A DNA stretch of 54,360 bases, the filler included, from Dimargaris cristalligena (lineage: Eukaryota): NCBI GenBank assembly GCA_003614675.1. It is 2 parts of 2 records of this genome, joined end to end, with 100 filler letters (N's around TTAATTAATTAA, not from the genome) between each part and the next. Parts side by side here need not be neighbours in the genome. Positions count along the whole stretch, not along the records: positions 27,260 to 54,360 come from ML002523.1; 1 more part is not named here. One strand, written 5' to 3'. Made by a program: the position numbers and the translations under genes. The notes below the pieces were generated by a model. The model searched no databases, was not told the DNA's origin, and saw only the letters and a list, made by a program, of their open reading frames with translations. Shown here in pieces: positions 35,994-48,028 of the stretch (within the stretch, counting starts at the first letter, position 1; every line of letters starts with the position of its first letter).

Positions 35994-38900
35994 ATGGATG
36001 CCTCTCAGTCGGTTGCGTCTCAAGTGGAGTTGGTTCATGAATCAGTCAGCGATACCGAAGTTGATGAGGTGAGCCTGCCCAGAGGCCTGCACTTTTTACA
36101 CCCCCCCCCCTATTATTAATTGTAGAATAAATATTATATATATATATATCATTCGCTTCATTGGAAAAGTACCCAAACCCCTTTTGGTTGCGGCTATCCA
36201 TTCCCGAGATACGCCGTCTCCCACCCGTTTTCGGCTAGGGGGAGTGGGGAGGGGGAAAAGAAGGCTTGTTGATCAGACCAACCCTCTGGATGAATGCCCA
36301 CCATCTCATCTCAGCTTCTCCACCCCCCTCGCCCAGTCTCTTCATCACGCTCTGGTTCGCTCTCTTCGCACCCTTTCCCATCACCACGGCAGTAACGGAG
36401 GGGTTGGGGTGGTACATTAATAAATGAGCTCTTAATTAACCCGTCATTTATTCCATCACACGGTCGTTGGTATCCGGATCGGTCCTCAGGATTATATTGA
36501 AATAGAAACTCTCGCTGATCAGGGCATCAATGCCGCTGACATCCAGAAACTTAAGGCTTCCGGTATTTGCACTGTAAAGGCAGGTTTTTGTTTCATATAT
36601 ATTTCCCCTTCCCTCCCACGACCTCATCAGTCACCCGGCCCTTGTTTAAGCGTAAACAGCATGGCTACTTGTATATTATAGACTATACCCACCATTAATA
36701 TTACTTTCACATACCTGACTCTCCCGTGTCTAAATATTCCCTCCGAAATGGGCTTGCATCAACCCCATCCACAACCCAATGACCCCCATACCTAGGCCGT
36801 CCAGATGTCGACCAAGCGAATGCTCATTAAAATAAAAGGATTGTCGGAAGCAAAAGTCGATAAGTTGAAGGAGGCGGCCAATAAACTAATGGTAAGAGTT
36901 CTTCGTCTGGATTGCCCACACCGACTGTACTCGAATTCGGATACCCGTGACCTCCTTGTAATAATTTCTTTAAAAAGGAATACATTTCACCAGCACAATG
37001 GCCTCGCCACTGACTCCTAACCTTGTCCTCTGATCCAATACGCCCCCGGAACTCTTCAGGATTGTGGTTTTATTACCGGCCTCGAGTATTCAGTCCGACG
37101 CCAGCGGGTCATGAAAATAGGCACGGGGTCGGTGGAGCTCGACAAACTTCTAGGTGGTGGTATTGAGACCATGGCCATCACAGAGGTGTTTGGCGAATTT
37201 CGGACCGGGAAAACCCAACTAGGTCATACTTTGTGCGTGACCGTGCAGCTACCGACGAACATGGGCGGCGGCCATGGCAAGGTAAATTTGACCCTCCCCT
37301 TTTCTACTAATGTAATTTTGCTACGATAACCCGAAAGACGGCCATCGACATGTATGCTGACGAGGTACAGCGTGTTGATTAAGTCGGGTCTACCCTTTGG
37401 TTTAGCAAATCTAGCTGACCGTTTGCTGCCAGGCCCCGGCCGAGTTACCTGTGCAAATTCACCACTTAACAGTCTAATATGGTTTCAGGTTAGCGGCCGT
37501 TGGATTGAGAGAAAAATATATATAATCCCAACCCGAATCCACCATTCTATGGATTACATTAGCTATACTATATTTTAATAGACCCTATGCACATCCAAAA
37601 ACTCTGCTGCATGACTACTTCTCTTAGCCACGGCAGTCTAGTCACCGCATGTGCGTGCATGGGTGCATGAGAAGGAGTCACTCATCAAATTGGCATACCA
37701 GAGTTTGGTCCATTTCCTGTTTATCTAACTTAATCACCCTGATTCTTCGCTGTCTTTCTGGTTGGTGGGGCCTCGCTATTCAACTTAGGCCGCGTTCATT
37801 GATACGGAGGGGACCTTTCGTCCCGACCGAATTCGGGCCATTGCGGAACGCTACGAATTAGATCCCGAGTTAGTGCTGGATAATCTTATCTACGCCCGGG
37901 CGTTTAATTCCGAACACCAAATGGACCTAATCACCATGGTGTCCGCCAAATTCGCCGAGGAGAAGGGCGTATACAAGCTACTGGTCAGTCCTCCTCCTTA
38001 TGAACTCTTAGTTTGAGAGAACACCCATGTAAAAACCCCGTCATGCTGGCCTACTTTTATTAGCATGGGCAGCGCAATGGAGTCCCCCTTTGGCTGCCCC
38101 TCTCCATAGGTTGCACATTGATAAACCAACCCCAACCACTTTACATTTTCTTTTGTTTATTCTTCCTTACCTTCACACCTGGTTGGGTTATAATACTGAA
38201 TCACGTCTGAATTGGTTTCCACTGGTGGCGGAACACTGGCCCATACACCAGGTGGTGGACAGTATTATTTCACTGTTCCGGACCGATTTTTGCGGTCGGG
38301 GGGAGCTCAGTGAGCGGCAACAAAAACTCAACACCATGCTGTCACGGCTGATGAAAATAGCAGAGGAATTTAATGTGGCCGTGTATATTACGAATCAGGT
38401 AAACCACGAAAAAACGGAAATTGCCCAAGCACTAAACCTAAATACGGACGAATGGCGTACCGACGTAGTACACCTCCCCTAACTGTGTGCATGCGTAAAA
38501 TCTGCTTTGTTTGGGGTGATCATTCAGTAATCCTTGAACCAACTTATGCGGTGTATTATATGTTTTTTTTTAAAAAAAAAACTTACGGGAATTTGTGGTT
38601 GTAAACCAATAGATTTGCTCCGACCCAGGCGCGGGCATGTCCTTCGTAGCCGACCCTAAGAAACCGGTGGGCGGGCATGTACTGGCCCACGCGTAAGTGC
38701 ACTGGACGACTGGCACCGTGATTTGAAATTTGCAGAAATTAACAGATATGTATACTGATGAATCCTCCGATAATTTAACCCCATTTGGAACTGTCTGTGT
38801 ATCCTACCACCATGGCGCTGGTATAAACGTGTAGCTCGACTACCCGACTGAGCCTTCGCAAAGGTCGCGGTGAACAGCGCATTGCTAAATTATTCGATTC

Positions 38901-39166
38901 ACCCAATATGCCAGAAGCGGAGGCTGGTAAGTAGGCAACTTTCCATGTCATAGCCGTACTTTTCCCACCCCCTTGGTCTAAATGCTCAGCCACATTATGC
39001 ACGCAGATATGCTATATTTAAGACTTTACTGAGCATAATCATACTAATTGAAATTACCAACGATGCCATTGATTTGATGTGTTTTATTTTTTGCCCACCC
39101 AAATTAATACCATCGAAATTAGTGTACGCTCTTTCCGATGGCGGGGTCATTGATAGCAAGGAATAG
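35994..39166 (+). CDS. DMC1: Meiotic recombinase Dmc1; 9 exons (35994-36068, 36490-36579, 36796-36891, 37060-37281, 37789-37983, 38252-38398, 38613-38692, 38835-38926, 39123-39166), 346 aa
   Basis: [42 protein letters not shown]. Dmc1-diagnostic [10 protein letters not shown] and [11 protein letters not shown] (Rad51 has ARQMHL and GGNI). Confidence 0.93.
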
Positions 39167-39406
39167 TGGTATTCAACGTCTTCCGCCCACTTTATTCATT
39201 TGCTTGGGCCATAGTTTCAAACGAGTAACTCGTACTTCACCCGGCCTTATCGACAACTTGTTGATGTATCAGATATGCTATCCAATAACCATCGACATTA
39301 TTACAATGACAAAAAATCAGTCATTAAATACTCTTAGTAATTAGAAATAAAAATGGCACTGGTATCTCTTTCCTGATGCATTGGCTGGGTCTGGATCCAT
39401 TATTAA

Positions 39407-42400
39407 CTACGGTAGCTCGGTCATTTTCCGGCTGACGTGGTTGTACAGCGACTCAAACAGGGAGTAGTCCAGGCCATATACAAAAATAAAGGTGATCTGA
39501 ACACCCATTTGATGGACCCATGTGGCGGTCGTGGTCACTGTGGGTTCGCCCTCCTCATCCAATGGCGAGTTGGGGCAATGGGTGCGGGAAGGTTCCGGCT
39601 GATAGGGCGTGACTAGGATAGCCATCTGTGACATACTAGTGGCCTTCGGTAGGCTTTGGGTGGTTGCCTGGGGATGGTGGTGGTGGGTAGGAGGGGTGTT
39701 GTTGGATGGGGACTGGGCGAATTGCCGGCTCCGCCGCGCCCGCCGCGACCAAAAGGCCTCCGCAAACGATAGTCGATACAATAACCCTTCGTTAACCTCC
39801 GACTCAGTTTCCGGTAAATCAAGAACTTCTTCTGATGAAGTTTGAAGAGGTGCTCTCCAAAGAATTTCCATCCGAACTAGCCCTTCGGTGCGGAGGGGGG
39901 CCAATATACCATCCAGGATAGTCAGGGCTGACTCGTAGGGCCGCTTGGGCCACATGTGATACCACAGGTTGGGGTAGCGTATTGCCTTGCGCATGGTTCT
40001 ACGGACAACAGGACCATCAACCCAGCTCATGTCGTCAAGATTTCTATAGTTCAAGTCTAGAGTGGGCTCCTACCAGGAGTCGCGTTGGAGTTGTAGCAAT
40101 AAAAGGCATGATTTAGATTAGAATGGTTCAAGGTGGGGGGGGGTAGATTATGGTTTCGTTGAACGGGCTGTCCTACTGTATCACCCGGCTATTTATAATT
40201 GGGCTGGGCCTACCTTGATTAGCAACCGCTGTCCGGAAAACGACCAAATAAGAATCCAACGCCTGGTACTGCCCTGACAGATCTCGGTAAACCCATAATT
40301 ATGGATCTAAACGTGGCAAGTGCATGGATCAGAGACACAATGAAAGGCAAGTAGTGGTGGTATCGAGATCGGGACTAACGTTAACACCACGAAGACAAAA
40401 TATCCGGGCACCAGGTACATATAATACTTGCCAGCCTGGCCAAACTTTCGGTTAACTGGACTTACCTTATTTGTGTTTAAAACCTCGATGACTTTTTCAA
40501 GGGATGAGTATTTTCCCAGTAGAGAGGTATACCATCTGATAATATACAAATATATAATTAGTTGAGAAATACCTATTTTGGGGGGCTTTAGATAGTCTGC
40601 CATACCATATATCCCCTTTCTCGGCGCCCCTGAGTCGATATATCAATGTGTCGGATGATCACCTAGAACATCTAGCAGGTGGGAGGGTAATGTATCGAAA
40701 GACTTACTTGATACGAGTGGTCCAGCGAAGGCTCTCGGTTATCATTTGAATGACAAATAGCGCCTCACCACCTGGAGTGATCATTTCGTGGGGCTGACCC
40801 TCGCACACCTATTATTAGTTTCACATCGGTATGCATAGATTATCCATGGGACCCAGTCCATTGTGTTAGGATGTAATGCCCAGTTTAGGGTCAGTCTAGT
40901 CCGGAGGGGAAGTCCAAGCCGTTCCCAAAGGTTGCCTACACTTTGAGACATATTTTTTTTAGATACGATCAAGGTAGAGGAGTTAACCATAACCGTATAT
41001 ATATATATATATATATAGGCAATTTTAAAAATCCAATACTTACGGCAAAAGGGGGCAGGGCTTTGTTGTCGCGGAGTTCGCTGATCTCATCCGAACTGCC
41101 GTAAAATGGTGGATTGCACATGCAGAAATCAATCCTGATTGAAGGGTACGGTGTAATGGAAATACTGACCCTCGGTTAGTGTCTATTGCTACTATGTTAG
41201 CGAGGGGTCCCTCGTAGCTGTACCGTAGAGGTAGAGTAACGGTCGGTTCGTGGGGTATGGGTGTATCCAAGGTATTAATCAATTGACTTACTGTGTATCC
41301 CTATCCACGGAATCTAAGATGAGGGAGTTCAAAACGGTGGTAGGGTCAGGGTTTTCCAGAACTTGGATTTTCGACGACAGGCCATTGTTGGCCACGTTTT
41401 GGCGGGCGACTGAGATTGACGGTTTATGAATATCTATTATTATATCCAAATAAATAGTGTACAATTGGTCCGAATCATCTTAGTGATAAAGACATTCGCC
41501 CATGGGTGACTGGATTCCGCTGACTGGACCAGCCAACTAAAAATACACATGTAGTCAAATTTAACACTTGCCTGTTGCGATAAATTTCCAATGGGGGTTG
41601 AGGCGACATGCCAGCAGAGGATATATACAGGATGCGCCAGTCCCACTAGACAACGTGGATATAAATGGGCCAGACATGTAGCAAAATTCAACATTTAGCG
41701 TATTGCTTCAAGGGATTTAGAGAAATGGGCAATTCAGTTCCAATCTGACCCTTCATAACACATAATAATCAATAACAACAGCAAGTTAAAATAGTATTCT
41801 TACATATCTAGTCCAATCATCGACCGCTGCTCAATATGGCTCGAACCGGTACCGACAAGGTCTTCGATAACGTGTATATAGTCGAGACTGCCGTGTGGTA
41901 TGGGTGGCATTTGGATTGGCAAGCCAGGTAATGTTTAGTAGATGGTGCCTCGCGACTAGTTTGGCGTTTTGCGTAACAATTGAACCCCCAATGGAAGGGC
42001 GATTGCCCCCGGTTTATTCGCAAATAAAAACAGAGCAGTAACATAAACCTACCGATTGGGAATCTAACAACAATAGGGTATATTTAAAACAGAACAGCAC
42101 CCCAAAGTTAGGTCTCGGTGGTACACGCAGCCTATGCAATATGAATCCAGTGTGCAGGCGTTTGGCGCTGCAGGGCTTAGTGTAAGCCGGTGGATTCTTG
42201 GTTATACCAAAGTCGGACCTACCATGGGGCAGAGTGTGTGGCGTGGAATGTCGAGTGCCAAATTGAAGTCAGCCTTTAGCAGTGTTAATGTCAATTCCCT
42301 AACGAGTATTCAAACAATAGCATAGTAGCCCCTTATTAATGGGCAGTAGTAACTCTAAAGTATATTATACATACATATATCTGTACGTATACTAGTTTAT

Positions 42401-42872
42401 TTGGTGAAGTTTTTTTTTTAATTATGCGAACAATTCCGAAATACTGTACGGTAAATGTGGCGTCATTACGCTTGGGGAGGAGGTGGGGGAGAAGGTTCAG
42501 GGTGAATAGGGCTTACCTGACGCTTAGGGGATCTTGGAAATCAATGGTGGCTCGACCCGACGACGATATCCTGGTGCTAAATACAAATTCGGGCAGTAGG
42601 AAATGGGCAGGGTGACGTAGAGGCAATGCTGGTCAGCTATGGCTTGCCTTGGCCAAGTGAAACTGCGCTTCAATCGGGTGAACGTTAAATATATATATAT
42701 ATATATGGAATAAATGGTCTTACCGTTGGGCAAATTCGGGATACCGAGTAGCAAGGTCAGTAAAGTTGGGGGGATGCGCTCGATAGCGGTTTCGGCGATG
42801 GAGACGACTAGGAAGGGCGGTCTCTCCCTCGAAAGGGTCACTGAGTACTGTCGACGGAGGCAATGGGGGCAT
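39407..42872 (-). CDS. METTL16: U6 snRNA m6A methyltransferase METTL16/Mtl16 (RlmF family); 12 exons (42872-42724, 42576-42517, 42298-42223, 42063-42053, 41887-41804, 41645-41572, 41433-41292, 41134-41044, 40808-40708, 40535-40466, 40306-40214, 40069-39407), 537 aa
   Basis: Spliced translation gives LHRRNRYRAHPPNFTDLATRYPEF, IDFQDP, LCPMIPNRLDYIH, GLDIGTGASCIYPLL, DFCMCNPPFY, GGEALFV, WYTSLLGK, QGSTRRWILIWSF and C-terminal WSRRARR. Exon sum 1614 nt, in frame. Confidence 0.93.
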
Positions 42873-44457
42873 TGTATTAGAACGCCAGTGGAAGTCCGAA
42901 TGCCAATGGGCTACAAGTTATATTATTTTGAAGGGGAGGGAGGAGAGGGGGACAAAGGGAATCGCGAACCGACTATCGAATTCGAAACAAGCCGATGGTC
43001 AACTACAGCGGTTTGCAAATGTAGCCATGTAATAGGACCTAACTAACTCCCGAATGCCTCCAATCCCTCTCCCCCACTTGGACAAAGAACGCGACACGGA
43101 GGAGCTATACAGGCTTAAAGGTGTGTTAAGGAGTGGTGGGAGTATGAATATGGGGAGTACAAGAAAGAAAAACCCCCACGAGGGAGAATATGGCCAATGG
43201 TAATTGTCCATCCCTCCACCAACTGTGAATGTAACACAGCCAAGGTAGGTGGGCCAGTCGCTGTAGCGCCGCGATTCGGAGACGATTGATCTGGGAATTA
43301 ACTCGACGAAGACTCTTCCTTTACTATTCTTCTCAAACAACCTTGCCAAGCCGGAGACTCAAGGGCCTGGCCAATACTTTCTTCCAGGGTTTTTTCTCTC
43401 CCGGAGGATAGTTTACCCTGGGTACATTTAGGAATATTCAAGTCTGTGGGGACTTGCTGTTTTTGGCTGAGATGCGTACATTAAGTCTACAGCAGTGACG
43501 CTCTGCGGTCTATATGCATTGCAAATGGGGCTTGTAATATCCGGTTCAACGAGGTAGCTGGTTTGCGACCTGTGCCCATCGTAATTGAGGTATTATCCCG
43601 ACTTCCCACTCCAAGATTTAGGCATGGCAAGAGTATCGCTGGGCAGGCACTTCGTATGGTGCCTTGCAACCTAGCTAAGTGAATAACAGACCAAGAGATA
43701 ATACAGGATAAGGTGCCCCAGCCCACCCGACCCCCCTTTTCCCATTTTAGTTGCATCCTATAAATTTAATCCACTCCCATGGTGTCTACGGCGGGGGGCT
43801 GCAGTGGAGCAAAATGGTAGAATGGATAATCAGGTCCTGCGACCTTGGCTTGGTTACACAATGCCGGTGCCCCGGCGGAGTGCGGGTATTAGCCTCCCCC
43901 TATCCCCCATCACCATCCTTCCCCCCAATTCCCTACCCCCCTGTAGGTAGGTCGGCCAATTATGGCAATGACAAACTTGCACGGGGCTCCATTTTAACAG
44001 TGGAATGGGTTGGTGCAGGTAAGGGGGGAGGGTACCAAAAGACATTGCTACTCGCGGTTTACTACTACCATAGTCAGCAATGGCCAATAACCACTTAGAT
44101 TAGGTCATCAATGCGAATTATGGAGGTTTCACAATACCCCGTTTGGGAGGGACCGGGGACCCACCTTCATTAAACTATTGAAGAGGGTAGAACAAAATAG
44201 GAATACTGTAATATCTATGGAGGCGACAAAGTACAAGTGGAGGTGTGAAATAGGTATAGATATACTCACCTACGCCGCTCCCTCTCTCTCTCTCTATCCG
44301 CCCCCCACCCACCCTCTCACTCCATAATTCTCTGTATTAAATGTTGACTGCCCTCCAAAACTTGCTAGACGGTTATAATTTCACATTCTTCTATTATTAT
44401 TCAACTTCCATCCGCCCCCACCTCTCACTTGACAACCATAACTTGCTATTCACCATT

Positions 44458-45615
44458 ATGTACTACCGTATTGCACTGTGGAGTATACTGGCTGCTGGGG
44501 TGGTTGCTGCTAATCCGGAGCTGAACGACTCCACTCCGTTGACCACCCTTACCCGACGCTCGACCAACTCACCTATGACTAGTGGCGCACACGCAGCCGC
44601 CCTCGTTCGGCGCTCACCGGCTTTCTGGAACAGGTCCTCGAATCCCAATTCGGAAATGACGGGCGAAGAATCGACCGACCCGGCCAACAATTCCAGTGAG
44701 CCCTCCAATCATCCCCCTAAATTCATGAGTGCTGTAGGCCTCGGCAAAGTATATAGTCAATTCAATGACCCCGAACGAAAACATTTTATTCGGCGGTGGA
44801 AGAACAAATCCAAGCCCACCGAAGATACCTTCCAATCTGAGCCCAATGCCTTAAATGAACCGAGCACCGGGCCATTTGGGTCGGGCCAACAAGTTTTGGG
44901 TAACCTGCTTTTACTGGCTACCGGATATACACCATCGCCATCGAACGAAGACATAAGCGGGGACAAAGACCATGAGAACCTCTCCAATATCGATGACAAT
45001 GACACTACAGACTATGGCCATCAGAGTATGGGTGGTGGCTCCTCGGCGCCGCGTACCTCGGGTTATACGTACCTACCCACTGATAAGGAAGCTCCTCAAG
45101 ACCCAGGATATTCTATTTCTGATTCTACCTACCCCAATATCTACTTGAACCAAAAGGGAGAGCCTATCGAAAATGGCGTTCGCATGCATAGTGAAACAGC
45201 TCAGGACGCCGATAAGAACCAACGTGCCAAACAATGGTATGATGGTATAAGCTACATTAAAGTAAAGGATTCGGAGCCGTCGGATACGGGGGAGAACGAA
45301 TCATTGTCGCCATTGATTAATGGTAGTAGGGCTCCCGCCGATAAATTGGCTGAAGACGATCGCAATTATGATAGTGATGATGATGACGACGACGGCGATA
45401 ATGACCTTGCACTCTTGAAAAACTACAGTGACGGATACAATAAAAGCCCTACCTTGCTTTTATCACCAGTAGACAACATTCCCGGTGCCCACCAATTAGT
45501 TGGGGCTTTACCTTTACCCTCCCAGATGGAATCATCGGACAATAATGACGAAGCCGCCCCAACCGAACGTGCGAGGAAGAATTGGTGGGAACTCTCCACC
45601 TCTGAAAATAATTAA
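44458..45615 (+). CDS. Secreted low-complexity protein, paralog A (385 aa from ATG 44458), intronless
   Basis: Signal peptide MYYRIALWSILAAGVVAA, LTRRS and LVRRSP sites, S/N/D-rich body with acidic tract. Confidence 0.8.
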   Translation: MYYRIALWSILAAGVVAANPELNDSTPLTTLTRRSTNSPMTSGAHAAALVRRSPAFWNRSSNPNSEMTGEESTDPANNSSEPSNHPPKFMSAVGLGKVYSQFNDPERKHFIRRWKNKSKPTEDTFQSEPNALNEPSTGPFGSGQQVLGNLLLLATGYTPSPSNEDISGDKDHENLSNIDDNDTTDYGHQSMGGGSSAPRTSGYTYLPTDKEAPQDPGYSISDSTYPNIYLNQKGEPIENGVRMHSETAQDADKNQRAKQWYDGISYIKVKDSEPSDTGENESLSPLINGSRAPADKLAEDDRNYDSDDDDDDGDNDLALLKNYSDGYNKSPTLLLSPVDNIPGAHQLVGALPLPSQMESSDNNDEAAPTERARKNWWELSTSENN

Positions 45616-48028
45616 GCCACTCGATCTGTCGCCTAGGTCAACTAATGCGTAATTCCTGAAGCCGGGAAGGATTTCCACGAATACTGCTTTGGGGTATCGT
45701 CCCGTAGCCCTATTAGCCACACCAAAATGGACAGATACGTTGAACAGTGTCGGAGGAACGAATTAAGAAATGCCGTAGTATACAGAGCCGCGCCGCGTAA
45801 GGAGTAACCCCCCCCCCCCCAAAAAAAAACTATACCTTTTGAATCAATCTTGCGACGGTGGTAAGGAATCATCAGGCTATCGACGAACATAATAACAGAC
45901 GGAGCCTGATAAATGCGAAGTACTGGCTTTATTAGCGGTCGATACTCTTGCCATCTAAGCATCGTTATAAATAGTGGGGAGTAGGGAGTGGTTATGGATA
46001 TGGATATTTTTCTTTACCCCGAAGCCGTACTGTAGTTGGACTTGGCTACTTGATCGATTGAGCTTAATACTTGCCCAGCTGGCCTAACCACTGGCCCACT
46101 TGAGTTGAGTATGGAGCGATTATATTTATATTGCCGGCATTTGCTGTTGGGGTTGCCAGTTAAATAAGCATAGGAGTTAATTTTTTAGATTAGGCAATGG
46201 CCACCCCTTGTTGAATATTACTGTTTTGAATAAAACTTACTATAGATTATATGACCTAGTTTTGAAGTCGCCAAATGACTTTGAGTCGCTTATCCCCGAG
46301 TGAGGGCATATTTTCACTCTGCCGCACCCTATAACCGTGTAATTGGCCATCTAAGATGGGAAGTATATTAATCATATTGGTCTAAAAATGAAATGGCCGA
46401 ATACTAGTACAGTGGTTAATACCTAGGTCTAGGTACTTTTGTTTAAGTTGGGATTTTATGCAATGCTAATATATTATATGCGAAAAATCAGGCGGTGTGA
46501 TAAAATAAAAGGCATTTGAACCGTTAAACTCTGCGCCGATGATTATAGACCAAGTCTGTGACAGATGTCTCGCTAGTTTGAACAGCAATAAGGACGTGTA
46601 TGCCATTGCCATGTTAGCGACTCAATTTTTGAAAGCATGCATATAATTTCGCCTATCTAAACGAGTAGAGAAAGTATAACTGGCACACCTGCCATAAATA
46701 TATCAATAGACAAGTAGAATTGAGTACTTGATATGATTTTTGCTCTAAGGCCATGAAATAGGGATGAGGGCCCCATTATAGCCGGGCCGCTTCTTTTGTT
46801 TCGAGGCTGTTGATAGCCTCCATGACATATTTTTATTGGGATACCTGTCAATTGTCCATATTGCAACCTCATACGTTCCATTCCGGTCGGTTCTCCATAT
46901 AGCTGCCTCCTTGGCACAGTCGGCCGGTTACTCGAGAAATCAAGCACATGCAGTGACTTTTATCTGGTCACATCCGTCCTACTGGTCTAAATTTTGAAAA
47001 AAGGAATTCGGGAAATGAGGTAAGTATTACATTTGGGGTGTGCCCCAGACCAATATAGATCATGGGATTAGGACTGGGACTGGGACCCGCGGTTGAAATG
47101 CAGGGGGGGGGGCAGACCCCTAAAGGAATATCCTAGTAGACGACTTGATATACATTGGCTGATAGGAAACTGGCGCAATGAGAGACGATATGTAAGAAAC
47201 GAGGACATATCATTGACAATAGCTGCAATGTAATCGCTAAAACAAAAACTGGCGGGATTCACTGACGCATAGATTGGGCACAATTAACTTGGTAGTACCA
47301 ATTACCCGCCGTTTAGGTAATTGGGACCGATTAAAATAGTTACGGCTCAGCTCATAAATAAGCAACAGCAAAATAATTTGGATGGAAGGTGTAAGCGACT
47401 TCCAATTAAAAGTGGGCCGGGATAAAAACCATTGCGGGATGACTGACTGTGCCGGCCTGTCCATACACGTCCGGGGACCCGGTCCCAAAGATATTCATTG
47501 TCTGGGTCATCGACCGGACCTAGCATCGTTTAAGCCTCGGCTTGAAGTGGAAGGAGGGGAATGAGGATGAGAAGATATAAGTGGTGGGGCTTTTGAACCA
47601 ATAACCGACTAAGGCATATGCGCGCCTTTAGTATGCATTTGCTGTGCCCGTAAAGCGATTACTATCATTGATAATGGCAATTGGCCAATAACTAAAGCAA
47701 CACCCTCATTACCCATGCACCACACATAACTGGTATTACCCCCATGTCCCGGGGGATTCGTAAGCACATATATAAATATCCGTCCCTGCGCCCCATATGT
47801 TGCACTAGACCAACCAGCTTTGTTATATTGTCTTTTGTAGTTTATCCAGTTTGGTCTATTCGTTTCCCGATTATTTATAGCTTCCCGTTCTTTTGGTCCA
47901 CAATTTCTAACCGTTTAACTCTTTCCATCAATTAGTACCCCTCCGCTCGTATTACTCGATATAGGGTATTAGCTATAATAGCCTAGGCTTGCTGTGTCCT
48001 TCGTTTCTCCCATTACCGGCCCGTAACA

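Noticed and set aside
35994..39166. RAD51 call
   Set aside because: Diagnostic residues (ERQQKL, GGHVLAH) are Dmc1-type.
1604..42872. Apparent cluster of nuclear/chromatin genes (ATRX-like, DBP4, DPB2, NELF-C/D, DMC1, METTL16)
   Set aside because: Unrelated pathways, split by an artificial linker; no evidence of a functional cluster.
44341..44457. Upstream in-frame ATG for paralog A
   Set aside because: Extension is UTR-like; ATG 44458 matches the paralogs' MYY/MHY starts and exposes the signal peptide.
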